From: an uncultured Candidatus Saccharibacteria bacterium
GTDB lineage: Bacteria; Patescibacteriota; Minisyncoccia; Portnoybacterales; UBA2143
Direction of reading: 5' to 3'
NCBI GenBank assembly: GCA_964548405.1
Contig: CAZJPW010000001.1
Coordinates: 4,054 to 68,053, forward strand
Length of the DNA stretch: 64,000 nt
Under the pieces are notes generated by a model. That model did not search any database. It worked only from the letters and a program-made list of their open reading frames with translations, and was not told where the DNA came from. This document shows, one piece after another, positions 52,632 through 62,221 of this stretch (position 1 is its first letter; every line of letters begins with the position of its first letter). Position numbers and translations under genes: made by a program.

Positions 52632-54089
52632 ATGAGTAGAAAGAATTGGCCAATCTATTTTAAAGACAATTTAGTTTTAGGAAATCCCAAAAGCGAAATT
52701 GGTATAGTTACTCTTTGGACGCCAACTAAAAAAATTACCGATAAGATTGATAAGAATCTTTTTTGTGTTGCTGGTCAACTTTATTCCAAAGAAGGAATAA
52801 ACTATATCATTCGAAATATCCTAGCTAATCCTTTAATTAGATATTTATTAATTTGTGGTAACGATCTTTCTGGAAGTGGTCAGGCTTTAATTGATTTCTT
52901 TAAAAAAGGTATTGATCAAGATCATAATATTGTAAATATTCCTTATGCTCCCATTGATAAGGAGATTCCTTTAAGAAGTGTGAATATTTTCAGAAAAGGG
53001 GTAAAAATCAATAATTCTATTGGTCTTAGTGATTGTCAGGAAATAACTAAGAAAATTAGGAGATATAGGTCGATTGGTCAAGCATTTGCTAAAGCTAGAG
53101 TTTTTGATTTAACCAAAACAGAAGAGGAAAACTATCTTCCAAGCGACCAATCAGTTTTTAAAATTACTAATCAGCATATTGGTCAGGTTTGGTTGGATAT
53201 TTTAAAAATAATTTGGCGTTTTGGCAGAATTAGAGAGTCTTTTTATGGAAATCCAGTTAGAGAAGTTTTTAATATCGCTGCTGTAATTACCAAAGAAGAT
53301 TCTTTTAAGCCTAAGATTTATCCATATTTTTCTATTACTAAGAAAGAAATTGAGAAATATTGCCAGGCTATCATGACTGATAAAAAGGGTAATGAAATAT
53401 ATACTTACGGAGAACGGTTATGGGGGTATAAGGGTATTAATCAAATAAAAGAAGTAATAATTCCTTTTTTAAAGCAGTATCCGACTGACCGGGCAGCTGT
53501 AGCGGTGACCTTTGATTTAGCTAATGATCATAAAGCGGAAAGGTCTCCTTGTATGTGTTTGGTTCAGGCTACCAATTTGGATAACAAACTTAATTTTACA
53601 GCATACTTTAGAAGTCATGATATATTTTCTGGCTGGATTCTTAATGCTTTTGGACTAAGGCGCGTTCAGGATTATGTTGCCAAGAAGTTAAAGTTAGAAA
53701 TGGGTACTTTGACGATTTTTTCTAACTGTGCCCATGTTTATGATAATCAATGGAAATCAATTAAAGCTATCGTTAAGAAGTATAAAGATATGCCAAATTG
53801 TGCCTTGGATCCTCGAGGCTATTTTATAATCAATATTAAAAATAAGGAAATAATAGCTAAATTATACTCTCCAGAGGGTTTGTTTTTAGAGGAATTTCGT
53901 CAAGATGGAACTAGAAGTAAATCAGCAATGGTTTTGTATCAAAAGTTAGTTAATTCTAATGCAGTATCTCTTGTTGCTCATGCTTTTGATCTAGGAGCAG
54001 AGTTGCAAAAAGCTGAGACGGCTATTAAGTTAAATATTCCTTATCAACAAGATAAGCCTTTGAAATTTTCCAAAACTGATATAAGATAA
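52632..54089 (+). CDS. Fusion protein: N-terminal MtrA-like domain, thymidylate synthase (ThyA)-like domain, and a C-terminal extension
   Basis: Residues about 20-100: IGIVTLW...ANPLIRYLLICGNDLSGSGQALIDFF resembles MtrA (VAVCTLGS...NPNIRFLILCG.EV.GH..GQ). Residues about 170-390: ThyA motifs YGERLWGY, SPCMCLVQ (catalytic Cys), YFRSHDIFSGWILNAFGL (the substrate-specificity Asn is kept), SNCAHVYDNQ. Confidence 0.65.
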   Translation: MSRKNWPIYFKDNLVLGNPKSEIGIVTLWTPTKKITDKIDKNLFCVAGQLYSKEGINYIIRNILANPLIRYLLICGNDLSGSGQALIDFFKKGIDQDHNIVNIPYAPIDKEIPLRSVNIFRKGVKINNSIGLSDCQEITKKIRRYRSIGQAFAKARVFDLTKTEEENYLPSDQSVFKITNQHIGQVWLDILKIIWRFGRIRESFYGNPVREVFNIAAVITKEDSFKPKIYPYFSITKKEIEKYCQAIMTDKKGNEIYTYGERLWGYKGINQIKEVIIPFLKQYPTDRAAVAVTFDLANDHKAERSPCMCLVQATNLDNKLNFTAYFRSHDIFSGWILNAFGLRRVQDYVAKKLKLEMGTLTIFSNCAHVYDNQWKSIKAIVKKYKDMPNCALDPRGYFIINIKNKEIIAKLYSPEGLFLEEFRQDGTRSKSAMVLYQKLVNSNAVSLVAHAFDLGAELQKAETAIKLNIPYQQDKPLKFSKTDIR

Positions 54090-54093
54090 ATAT

Positions 54094-55368
54094 ATGAATA
54101 AGGATAAAAATTGGAAGCTATTAGAGAAAAATGATAAGCAGATATTTAAGGCGATTGTCGGTGAAGAAAAGCGCCAGGCCAAAGGAATTGAATTAATTCC
54201 TTCTGAAAACTATACCTATCCAGAAGTTTTAGCAGCTAATGGCTCTATTTTAACCAATAAGTATTCTGAAGGCTATCCTAAGAAAAGATATTACGGGGGC
54301 CAGGAATACACAGATATTGTCGAACAATTGGCTATTGATCGAGCTAAAAAGGTTTTTAAATGTGAGCATGCTAATGTTCAGCCTTTGTCCGGTTCTCCTA
54401 TGAACCAGGCAGTTTATTTAGCTTTTCTTAAACCGGGTGATACTGTTTTAGGCATGGATTTGTCGCATGGAGGCCACCTTACTCATGGAGCGCCTGTTTC
54501 CCATATGGGCAAGATTTTTAATTTTATCAGGTACAAGACAGATCCGGAAAATAAAGGTAAGATTGATTTTAAAGAATTGATGCGATTGACTAAAAAGCAT
54601 AAGCCTAAGATTGTTCTTTGCGGATATACTTCTTATCCAAGAGAAAATAATTATGCTGATTTCAAGAAAGTAGCTCGAGCAGTAGGAGCTATAACTATGG
54701 CTGATGTGGCCCATATCGGCGGATTAATTGCCGGTGGGGTTTTAAAAAATCCTTTTGATTATGGATTTGATATTGTTACCACTACAGTCCATAAAAGCTT
54801 AAGAGGACCTAGGGCTGGTTTAATTCTTTGCAAGAAAGAGTATGCTGATCAAATTGATAAGTCAGTTTTTCCAGGTTTACAGGGTGGACCACATATGCAA
54901 ACTATTGCCGCTATTGCCATAACCCTTAAAAAAGCCATGGAGCCAGAATTTAAAAGATATGCCAAGCAGATATTAAAGAATGCAAAAGTGTTATCAGAAA
55001 CATTAATGGATAGCGAAGCTAAAGTTAAATTAATAACCAATGGCACAGATAATCATATGATGGTTATGGATACAGTTAAGAGTTTTAATATCAATGGTAA
55101 GATAGCCGAAGAAACATTAGATAAAATCTCTATTACAGTTAACAAACAAATAATCCCTGATGATATTAATCCACCCTTAAAGCCAAGTGGCATTCGTTTG
55201 GGTACGCCGGCAGCCACTACTAGAGGTATGAAAGAAAAGGAGATTAAGAAGATTGGTTTATGGATGATTGATGCTTTGAATAATTATCAGGATGATAAAT
55301 ATTTGAAGAAATTAAAAAAAGACGTAGAAACTATGTGTTTAAAATTTAAAGTTCCAGGAGTAGTATAA
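54094..55368 (+). CDS. glyA: Serine hydroxymethyltransferase
   Basis: The PLP-binding region around TTTVHKSLRGPR and overall SHMT-like sequence. Confidence 0.95.
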   Translation: MNKDKNWKLLEKNDKQIFKAIVGEEKRQAKGIELIPSENYTYPEVLAANGSILTNKYSEGYPKKRYYGGQEYTDIVEQLAIDRAKKVFKCEHANVQPLSGSPMNQAVYLAFLKPGDTVLGMDLSHGGHLTHGAPVSHMGKIFNFIRYKTDPENKGKIDFKELMRLTKKHKPKIVLCGYTSYPRENNYADFKKVARAVGAITMADVAHIGGLIAGGVLKNPFDYGFDIVTTTVHKSLRGPRAGLILCKKEYADQIDKSVFPGLQGGPHMQTIAAIAITLKKAMEPEFKRYAKQILKNAKVLSETLMDSEAKVKLITNGTDNHMMVMDTVKSFNINGKIAEETLDKISITVNKQIIPDDINPPLKPSGIRLGTPAATTRGMKEKEIKKIGLWMIDALNNYQDDKYLKKLKKDVETMCLKFKVPGVV

Positions 55369-56141
55369 TGAACATTATTGATGGTAAAAAAATAGCAGAT
55401 AAGATTATTAGTGATTTAGAAAGAGAAGTGAAAGACAGAAGTATTAAACCGTGTTTGGGTGTAGTTTTGGTGGGTAATGACACAGCTTCTCATATATATA
55501 TTAAGAAAAAAGAGCAGGCCGCTGAAAAAATCGGCATTAAAGTCAAAAAACATGTTTTATCTGAAGATGTTTCAGAAAAAGAAGTATTAGAAATTGTTAA
55601 TAATTTGAATTCAGATAATGAAGTTAACGGCATTTTAGTTCAGATGCCTCTGCCTAGTTATATTTTTCCTGACAAAGTCACAGGAGCAATTAGTCTAGAA
55701 AAGGACGTCGATGGCTTTTTACCGAAGAGCGGGTTTAGTCCACCTTTTGTTTTGGCTATTGAGCGAGCCCTTGAAGAAACAGGCGATTTAAAAGACAAGA
55801 AAGTAATTGCCCTAGTTAATTCAGACGCCTTTGGTAAAGTCTTAGAATCAAGACTTAATATTAAGTATCGGGTCTGGGTTGTTAATTCTTTAGATGATTT
55901 AACTGAATTTGATGTAATAATCACTGCTTTGGGTCAACCACATATTATTAAAGATTCAATGATTAAACAAAATGTTGTTTTAATAGATGGTGGAATAAGT
56001 AGGAAAGATGGTAAAATATTAGGCGACGTTGATCAAAAAAGTGTTAAAAATAAGGCTAACTGGCTTTCACCGGTACCAGGAGGTTTAGGCCCCATGACCG
56101 TAGCCTTCTTATTAAAAAACGTAGTCTTAGGTGTGAAATAA
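55368..56141 (+). CDS. folD: Bifunctional methylene-THF dehydrogenase/methenyl-THF cyclohydrolase (short form)
   Basis: FolD N-terminal IIDGKKIA, and a YxxK-like region followed by a PGGVGP motif (PVPGGLGPMT). Confidence 0.85.
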   Translation: MNIIDGKKIADKIISDLEREVKDRSIKPCLGVVLVGNDTASHIYIKKKEQAAEKIGIKVKKHVLSEDVSEKEVLEIVNNLNSDNEVNGILVQMPLPSYIFPDKVTGAISLEKDVDGFLPKSGFSPPFVLAIERALEETGDLKDKKVIALVNSDAFGKVLESRLNIKYRVWVVNSLDDLTEFDVIITALGQPHIIKDSMIKQNVVLIDGGISRKDGKILGDVDQKSVKNKANWLSPVPGGLGPMTVAFLLKNVVLGVK

Positions 56142-56142
56142 T

Positions 56143-57600
56143 ATGAAGTATAAAGTGGTTATTGGAATAGAAATTCATAGCGAGTTAAAAACGCAGAGCA
56201 AGATGTTCTGTGATTGTTTGAATGATCCGGAAGTCGAAGAAGCTAATCTTAATGTCTGTCCCATTTGTATGGGTCATCCAGGAAGTCTGCCTGTAATTAA
56301 TCAGAAGGCAGTTGAATTTGTAATTAAAACAGGTCTAGCTTTGAATGGAAGTATTCCTGATGCAGCTAAGTTTGACCGCAAGAATTACTTTTATCCTGAT
56401 TTACCTAAGGGGTATCAAATTTCTCAGTATGATTTACCTTTGGTTAATAAGGGACATCTGGAAATTAATGGTAAGAAAATCAATATTACCCGTATTCATT
56501 TAGAAGAAGATACGGGCAAGTTAGTCCATCCGCCAAAAGTTCAGTATTCTTTAGTTGATTTTAATCGAGCGGGCGTACCTTTGATGGAATTGGTTACTGA
56601 ACCAGATATTACCAATGGACAACAAGCCAGGAAATTCTGTGAAGAGTTACAGCTGATTCTTCGCTATTTAGACGTTTCTGAAGCCAATATGGAAAAAGGT
56701 CAGATGCGCTGCGAAGTGAATATTTCTCTTAAGTCAGATAAGGGAAAGATGGGTACTAAAGTAGAAATTAAAAATCTTAATTCTTTTAGGGTTGTTGAGC
56801 GTTCTATTGATTATGAAATTAAAAGACAGGCTCAATTACTAGATTCGGGCGAAAAAGTCATTCAGGAGACCAGGGGATGGGACGAGAATAAGCAGAGGAC
56901 TTTTTCTCAGAGGGTCAAAGAAGAATCCAAAGATTATCGGTACTTTCCAGAGCCTGATTTACCTCCTTTGAGTAAATTAACTGGGCTTAGCTCTAAATTG
57001 TCTGGCAAAGTGCCAGAATTACCCCAGCCCAAGAGAGTCAGGTTTGAACAGGAGTATAAGGTACCGATGGATGATATTAATACTTTGGTTAATAACAAGG
57101 GACTAGCTGATTATTTCGAACAAGTTATTTCCGAGTTAAATACATGGTTAAAAATCAAATCAATCAGTGATAAACAACCTTTAATTAAATTAACGGCCAA
57201 TTATCTTTTGACCGAATTACAGAAATTATTGTCATCTAATAAGATAAAAGTAAAAGATTGTAAAATTAGTCCGGAGAACTTTGCCGAATTTATTACTTTA
57301 ATTCAACAAAAGGAGATTTCTAGTTCAGCTGCTCAGACTGTGCTTAAGGAAATGTTTGCCACAGGCGCTGATCCGTCTAATATTATTGAAGAAAAAAGCC
57401 TTAAACAGGTAAGCGATCAAGGAGAATTGGATAAAATAGTTAAACAAGTGATCAGAGAAAACTCAAAACCGGTTGAAGATCTTAAATCGGGTAAAGAAAA
57501 TGCCCTCCAGTTTTTGGTAGGCAAGGTCATGACCGCTAGTAAAGGTCAGGCCAATCCAGAAGTTGTCAGAGATATCTTAAATAAGGAAATCTTGGATTAG
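56143..57600 (+). CDS. gatB: Glu/Asp-tRNA amidotransferase subunit B
   Basis: GatB N-terminal GIEIHSEL and overall GatB-like sequence. Confidence 0.9.
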   Translation: MKYKVVIGIEIHSELKTQSKMFCDCLNDPEVEEANLNVCPICMGHPGSLPVINQKAVEFVIKTGLALNGSIPDAAKFDRKNYFYPDLPKGYQISQYDLPLVNKGHLEINGKKINITRIHLEEDTGKLVHPPKVQYSLVDFNRAGVPLMELVTEPDITNGQQARKFCEELQLILRYLDVSEANMEKGQMRCEVNISLKSDKGKMGTKVEIKNLNSFRVVERSIDYEIKRQAQLLDSGEKVIQETRGWDENKQRTFSQRVKEESKDYRYFPEPDLPPLSKLTGLSSKLSGKVPELPQPKRVRFEQEYKVPMDDINTLVNNKGLADYFEQVISELNTWLKIKSISDKQPLIKLTANYLLTELQKLLSSNKIKVKDCKISPENFAEFITLIQQKEISSSAAQTVLKEMFATGADPSNIIEEKSLKQVSDQGELDKIVKQVIRENSKPVEDLKSGKENALQFLVGKVMTASKGQANPEVVRDILNKEILD

Positions 57601-58491
57601 TTTTTCTGCTTTGTTATAATCTTTAATCCATTTAATGTTTTTGTCTCTTTTAAACCAAGACATTTGGCGTTTAAAATACTGTCTAGTATGGATTTTGATT
57701 AATTTTTTGGCCTCTTCCAAAGATATCTTATTATCTAAATAAGAAATTATTTCTTGGTAGCCAATACCACTCATGGAATACGGCTTTAGGCCGTATTTTT
57801 TAATTAAGTTTTTAACTTCTTTAAGTAGTCTTGCCTTAATCATTTGTTCAGCCCGAGAATTAATTCTTTGTTTCAGAACTTCATCATCAGGTTTTAATCC
57901 TATTTGTAGAATATTAAATAATTGTGGCCCTTTTGTTTTTTGTTTTGAGAATTTTTTGCCAGTAGTCAAATAGACTTCCAAAGCTCTAATCATTCTTCTC
58001 TTATTATTAAGATTAATCACTTTTAAGGCATCCGGATCTATTTTTTTAAGCTGATTATACAGTTCTTGGTTAGTTTTGTTTTCTAATTCGTTTCTTAATT
58101 TTTTATCTGGCTTAACTTCAGGAATTTGCAGGTTATCAACTATTGATTGAATGTAAAGCATAGTACCGCCAACTAAAAAGGGAAGCTTATTTCTTTTCTG
58201 AATGTTTTTAATGGCTTTAGTCGCTTTTTGCTTGAATTGGGCCAAGGTGAATTCCTGGTCAGGGTTAATTACATTTAATAAGTAATGAGGAATGCCTTGC
58301 ATTTCTTGTTTAGTTACTTTAGCGGTGCCAATGTTCATTTCTTTATAAATTTGCCTTGAATCAGCTGAAACTATCTCACCTCCAAACTTTTTAGCCAATT
58401 TAATAGCTAAATCAGACTTGCCTGAAGCAGTTGGGCCAAGAATGACTATTAATTTGTTATGTGGATAACTTTTCATTGCTTTATTTTTCAT
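57577..58491 (-). CDS. miaA: tRNA dimethylallyltransferase. The track ORF extends to 58584; the start is more likely Met32 at 58491
   Basis: P-loop GPTASGKS and the ADSRQIYKEMNIGTAK motif. Confidence 0.85.
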   Translation of the reverse strand: MKNKAMKSYPHNKLIVILGPTASGKSDLAIKLAKKFGGEIVSADSRQIYKEMNIGTAKVTKQEMQGIPHYLLNVINPDQEFTLAQFKQKATKAIKNIQKRNKLPFLVGGTMLYIQSIVDNLQIPEVKPDKKLRNELENKTNQELYNQLKKIDPDALKVINLNNKRRMIRALEVYLTTGKKFSKQKTKGPQLFNILQIGLKPDDEVLKQRINSRAEQMIKARLLKEVKNLIKKYGLKPYSMSGIGYQEIISYLDNKISLEEAKKLIKIHTRQYFKRQMSWFKRDKNIKWIKDYNKAEKLIQDFLI

Positions 58492-58584
58492 AATTGGTAA
58501 TATATAAATAAGTACCATAGTTCTCTTCATCGTTTTTATCCGACCGTTTCTGTTAACCGATTTAGCGATAAGGAGGTACACCAT

Positions 58585-58843
58585 GAATTGTTTCCGGGTA
58601 GACTTTTTTTGCGGCAGGGTAATCCAAACGGGTCAAAGCGTCGACGGCATCGATATGGTAGCCGGGCATAAGGGAATCCGAGGCGGATTAAAAAAGCAGG
58701 TGGCGGAAAACGATTTCGGTAACGGCGTGGCTTTTCATCGTGACTAAAGGGACAGCTACCTTTTGTGGTGATTAAGTTATAGCCGGTTCAATTTTGCGAC
58801 ACAAATCGCACCAAAGGCATCTCCAACGGGGGTGCCTTCTCAT
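58585..58843. other. GC-rich intergenic island with no long ORF (candidate structured ncRNA or foreign remnant). It contains a 54-codon ORF on the plus strand (58583..58747) preceded by a perfect SD AAGGAGGT
   Basis: Base composition by eye is much more GC-rich than the flanking sequence (runs such as GGTAGCCGGGCATAAGGGAATCCGAGGCGG and GGTAACGGCGTGGC). No ORF over 60 aa was found on either strand. Confidence 0.4.
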
Positions 58844-59842
58844 TTATATATATTGTTTTGGGAATAACTTTAAAAGAATTTTTTTTCTTCTCTTTTTTTC
58901 ATCTAAAGGCACGTTGTCTTTGAGTTTGGCAGCTGTTGTGCCGGGTCGAGGCGAATATGATGAGATATAGGCTTGGTTGAATTTGATTTCTTTAACCAGT
59001 TTAATTGTGTTTTGGAACTGTTTGGCTGTTTCTCCTGGGAAGCCGATAATAATGTCTGTTGATAGTTCTAGATCAGGAATTTTTTTCCTGATTTTTTTAA
59101 TTAATTTCTTGTAATAGCCTATTGTATAGTGGCGGTTCATCTTTTTAAGAATCTGGTTGTCGCCTGATTGAAAAGGCAGATGTATTTTTTTTGATATTTT
59201 TTCTCCGTTGGCAATTACTTCAATTAATTCGTCTGACATATCTTTAGGATGGGAAGTCAGAAAATTTATTTTAAACTTTCCTTTAAGATCATTAATCGTT
59301 TTTAAAAGTTTAGGGAAATCATAGTTTTTTGATTTGTATGAATTAACATTTTGACCCAGCAAGGTAATTTCTTTGTAATTGTTTTTAATTAATCTTTTGA
59401 TTTCTTTGATAATTTCTGTGGCGGAGAGAGATTTTTCTCTACCTCTAGTGTAAGGAACGGCGCAATATGAGCAAAAATTATCACAACCTGTCATTATTGG
59501 AACAAAGGCGTGTTTTAAGGACTGGCATTTTGATTTTATCTTAAAGTCGGCAATAGGCCAGATCTGGTTGACTTGATTTTTAAATTGCTGCTTATCTTTT
59601 TCTAAGATACAGCCAGTTAAAGTAATTTTTGTCCTAGGCTGACTTTTTTTAATCTCTTTTATCTTGCTTTTAACTCGGTCAATGGCTGATTGTCGCACGG
59701 AACAGATATTAATCACTATTAAATTTGCCTGTTTAATGCTTTTAGCAATTTTTTGGCCCTTGGTCTCTAATTTAGCTGCGATTCTTTCAGAATCAGACTT
59801 GTTCATTTGGCAGCCATAGGTGATAATGTGGTATTTAGTCAT
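58844..59842 (-). CDS. Radical-SAM methylthiotransferase, MiaB/RimO family (short, no TRAM domain)
   Basis: MTTase N-domain cysteines (YGCQMN...C...C) and the radical-SAM CSYCAVP (CxxxCxxC). Confidence 0.75.
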   Translation of the reverse strand: MTKYHIITYGCQMNKSDSERIAAKLETKGQKIAKSIKQANLIVINICSVRQSAIDRVKSKIKEIKKSQPRTKITLTGCILEKDKQQFKNQVNQIWPIADFKIKSKCQSLKHAFVPIMTGCDNFCSYCAVPYTRGREKSLSATEIIKEIKRLIKNNYKEITLLGQNVNSYKSKNYDFPKLLKTINDLKGKFKINFLTSHPKDMSDELIEVIANGEKISKKIHLPFQSGDNQILKKMNRHYTIGYYKKLIKKIRKKIPDLELSTDIIIGFPGETAKQFQNTIKLVKEIKFNQAYISSYSPRPGTTAAKLKDNVPLDEKKRRKKILLKLFPKQYI

Positions 59843-59883
59843 TTGTTTTGTATCTTATCTAAAAATATTGTATAATACAAGGT

Positions 59884-60624
59884 ATGGAAAAAGTTTTTCT
59901 ATCAGTTATTATTCCAGGATATAATGAAAGCAAGCGTATCACTAATACGCTTTTGGATATTGATCATTATTTAAGTAAGCAAGAATATACCTATGAAATC
60001 GTGGTGGTTAACGATGGTTCTAAGGATAATACAGTCCAAGTTGTTGAAAAAGTTGGAAATTTAGTAAAGAATCTTAGAATAATTGATAATCAAGTTAACC
60101 ATGGCAAAGGTTGGGTAGTCCGACAAGGTATGCTTGAATCTTTGGGCCAGATTAGGCTTTTTATGGATGCTGATAACGCTACGACCATTAATCATTTTGA
60201 AAAGATGATTCCTTTGTTTGAGCAGGGCCATTCAGTGGTTATTGGTTCGCGTGATAGTAAAGATGCGGCTGGAGCCAGACAGGCTGTGTCTCAGGTTTGG
60301 TATAAGAGAATAGTGGGAAATATGGGGAATCTTTTAATTCAGTTATTGGCTGTACCTGGTATTTGGGATACTCAATGCGGTTTTAAAGCGTTTAAGGCCA
60401 AGGTAGCTCAGGATATTTTTAGCCGCTGTCAGATTGACCGTTGGGGGTTTGATATTGAAGTATTGGCCGTAGCTAAAAAGCTTGATTACAAGATAGGGAT
60501 TATTCCGGTTAATTGGATAAACGATCCTGATAGCAGAGTTAACTGGAAAGGCTATTTGAACACTTTTAGAGAATTGTTTAAAGTAAGATGGAATTTAATT
60601 ATTGGAAAATATGATAAAAAATAG
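59884..60624 (+). CDS. Family 2 glycosyltransferase (dolichyl/polyprenyl-phosphate sugar synthase-like)
   Basis: N-terminal VIIPGYNE and the DxD-type DAD motif. Confidence 0.75.
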   Translation: MEKVFLSVIIPGYNESKRITNTLLDIDHYLSKQEYTYEIVVVNDGSKDNTVQVVEKVGNLVKNLRIIDNQVNHGKGWVVRQGMLESLGQIRLFMDADNATTINHFEKMIPLFEQGHSVVIGSRDSKDAAGARQAVSQVWYKRIVGNMGNLLIQLLAVPGIWDTQCGFKAFKAKVAQDIFSRCQIDRWGFDIEVLAVAKKLDYKIGIIPVNWINDPDSRVNWKGYLNTFRELFKVRWNLIIGKYDKK

Positions 60625-61627
60625 AAAAGGGATTCTAAGGAATCCTCCCTCAGAGTTAAGAATGGACTTAGTTTCCAGCGATTGGGTAGTTATTGCTACT
60701 GGTCGGGCTCGCCGGCCCGAAACCTTTGCTAAGCATCAACGGATCAAGGATTCTGTTTCGTCGGACAAGTGTTTTTTTTGTCAGCCTAAGATTCTGGAAA
60801 GGTCAGTTGATAAAGTTAACGGCCAAGACGGTTCTTGGTTTGTCGTATCTTATCCCAATGATTATCCAGCTTTTGCTCCGGGTCAGGATCTTAACAGGCG
60901 CAAAGAGGGGCCTAATCGGGTGATGGACGGAGTGGGTCATCATGAAGTTATTATTACAGCCGATCATCAAAAGCAAATAGCTCTATTTAATACGGCTCAA
61001 GTGAAAATGATAATTGATCTTTATCAAAAGAGATATTTGGAATTAATGAAAAAGAAATTCATTAAGTATATTTCAATTTTTCACAATCATGGCAAGGAAG
61101 CAGGTGCCTCTATATCTCATCCTCATTCTCAATTATTGGCTATTCCAGTAATTGATCCAGATTTAAGAGCCAGCATTGATGGAGCAGAGAACTTTTACAG
61201 AAGCCAGGGTAAATGTGTCTATTGCACCATGATTGAGTGGGAGCTTAAGGATAAGAGGCGTATTGTTTACGAAAATGACAAATTTTTGGTAGTTTGTCCC
61301 TTTGCTGCCCAAGTTTCTTTTGAAGTTAGGGTTTATCCTAAAGATCACCAATCCCATTTTGAAAGTATGACTGAATCAGAAAAAGAATTGTTTGCCGATG
61401 CCATGCAGATTGCTTTGAATAGGATTTACAAGGGTCTTAAGGATCCGGCTTATAATTTCTATTTCCACACCGCCCCTTGCGATGGAGGAAACTATGATCA
61501 ATATCATTGGCATTTGAATATTCTGCCTAAAACCAATGTTTGGGCAGGTTTTGAATTGGGAGCAGGTATAGAAATTAGCACTATTGAGCCGGAAAAGGCG
61601 GCTGAATTTCTAAATAAAACAAAATGA
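60602..61627 (+). CDS. galT: Galactose-1-phosphate uridylyltransferase
   Basis: The active-site HPHSQL (His-Pro-His) and a Cys/His zinc site. Confidence 0.8.
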   Translation: MENMIKNRKGILRNPPSELRMDLVSSDWVVIATGRARRPETFAKHQRIKDSVSSDKCFFCQPKILERSVDKVNGQDGSWFVVSYPNDYPAFAPGQDLNRRKEGPNRVMDGVGHHEVIITADHQKQIALFNTAQVKMIIDLYQKRYLELMKKKFIKYISIFHNHGKEAGASISHPHSQLLAIPVIDPDLRASIDGAENFYRSQGKCVYCTMIEWELKDKRRIVYENDKFLVVCPFAAQVSFEVRVYPKDHQSHFESMTESEKELFADAMQIALNRIYKGLKDPAYNFYFHTAPCDGGNYDQYHWHLNILPKTNVWAGFELGAGIEISTIEPEKAAEFLNKTK

Positions 61628-62220
61628 TTGAAAGTATTTTTGTCTGGTTAGCCTCTGGGGTGACCGGTATAATTGGCAAGATAGGATATTTTGGAGTAAT
61701 GGGCTTAATGGCTATTGAAAGTTCCTTTATTCCTTTTCCTTCAGAGATTATTGTTCCGCCCGCTGCTTATCTTGCTTCCCAGGGTCAGTTCAATATTTAT
61801 CTTGTAATTATTGCGGGGATAGTTGGGAGTCTGATAGGCGCTTTGATAAACTATTATTTAGCTTTAACTTTGGGCCGTAAAGTAATCTATTCTTTTATCA
61901 ATAATGCCAAACTTGATAAAGCAGAAAAATATTTCCTTAAATACGGCAATGTTTCCACTCTTATCGGTCGTCTGATCCCTTGGGTTAGACAGTTGATTTC
62001 CATTCCAGCAGGTTTTTCTAAGATGAATTTGGCCAGCTTTACTCTCTATACTTCCCTAGGTTCCGGTATTTGGGTAATTATCTTGGCTGTTCTGGGATAT
62101 AGTTTTGGATCTAATCAAGAAATGTTTGAGAAATATTATTCTGAAATTTCCTTGTTTTTCGTAGTTTTAGCCCTAGGCTTTATAACTCTAATTATCATTA
62201 AGAATAAAATAAAAAAATAA
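61624..62220 (+). CDS. DedA/SNARE-associated family membrane protein
   Basis: The DedA-type motif and hydrophobicity pattern. Confidence 0.6.
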   Translation: MIESIFVWLASGVTGIIGKIGYFGVMGLMAIESSFIPFPSEIIVPPAAYLASQGQFNIYLVIIAGIVGSLIGALINYYLALTLGRKVIYSFINNAKLDKAEKYFLKYGNVSTLIGRLIPWVRQLISIPAGFSKMNLASFTLYTSLGSGIWVIILAVLGYSFGSNQEMFEKYYSEISLFFVVLALGFITLIIIKNKIKK

Positions 62221-62221
62221 T

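Noticed and set aside
58585-58843. RNase P RNA, SRP RNA or tmRNA identity for the GC-rich island
   Set aside because: I compared by eye against the conserved P4 (AGGAAAGUCCGGGCUCC / ACAGAACCCGGCUUA), SRP domain IV (GGAAGGAAGCAGCC) and tmRNA tRNA-like-end or tag-ORF signatures. There are only partial 6-7 nt coincidences (AGCCGGGC, GGUAACGGC). The region is too short for RNase P, and no ...ALAA* tag frame is present. It is kept as an unassigned ncRNA candidate.
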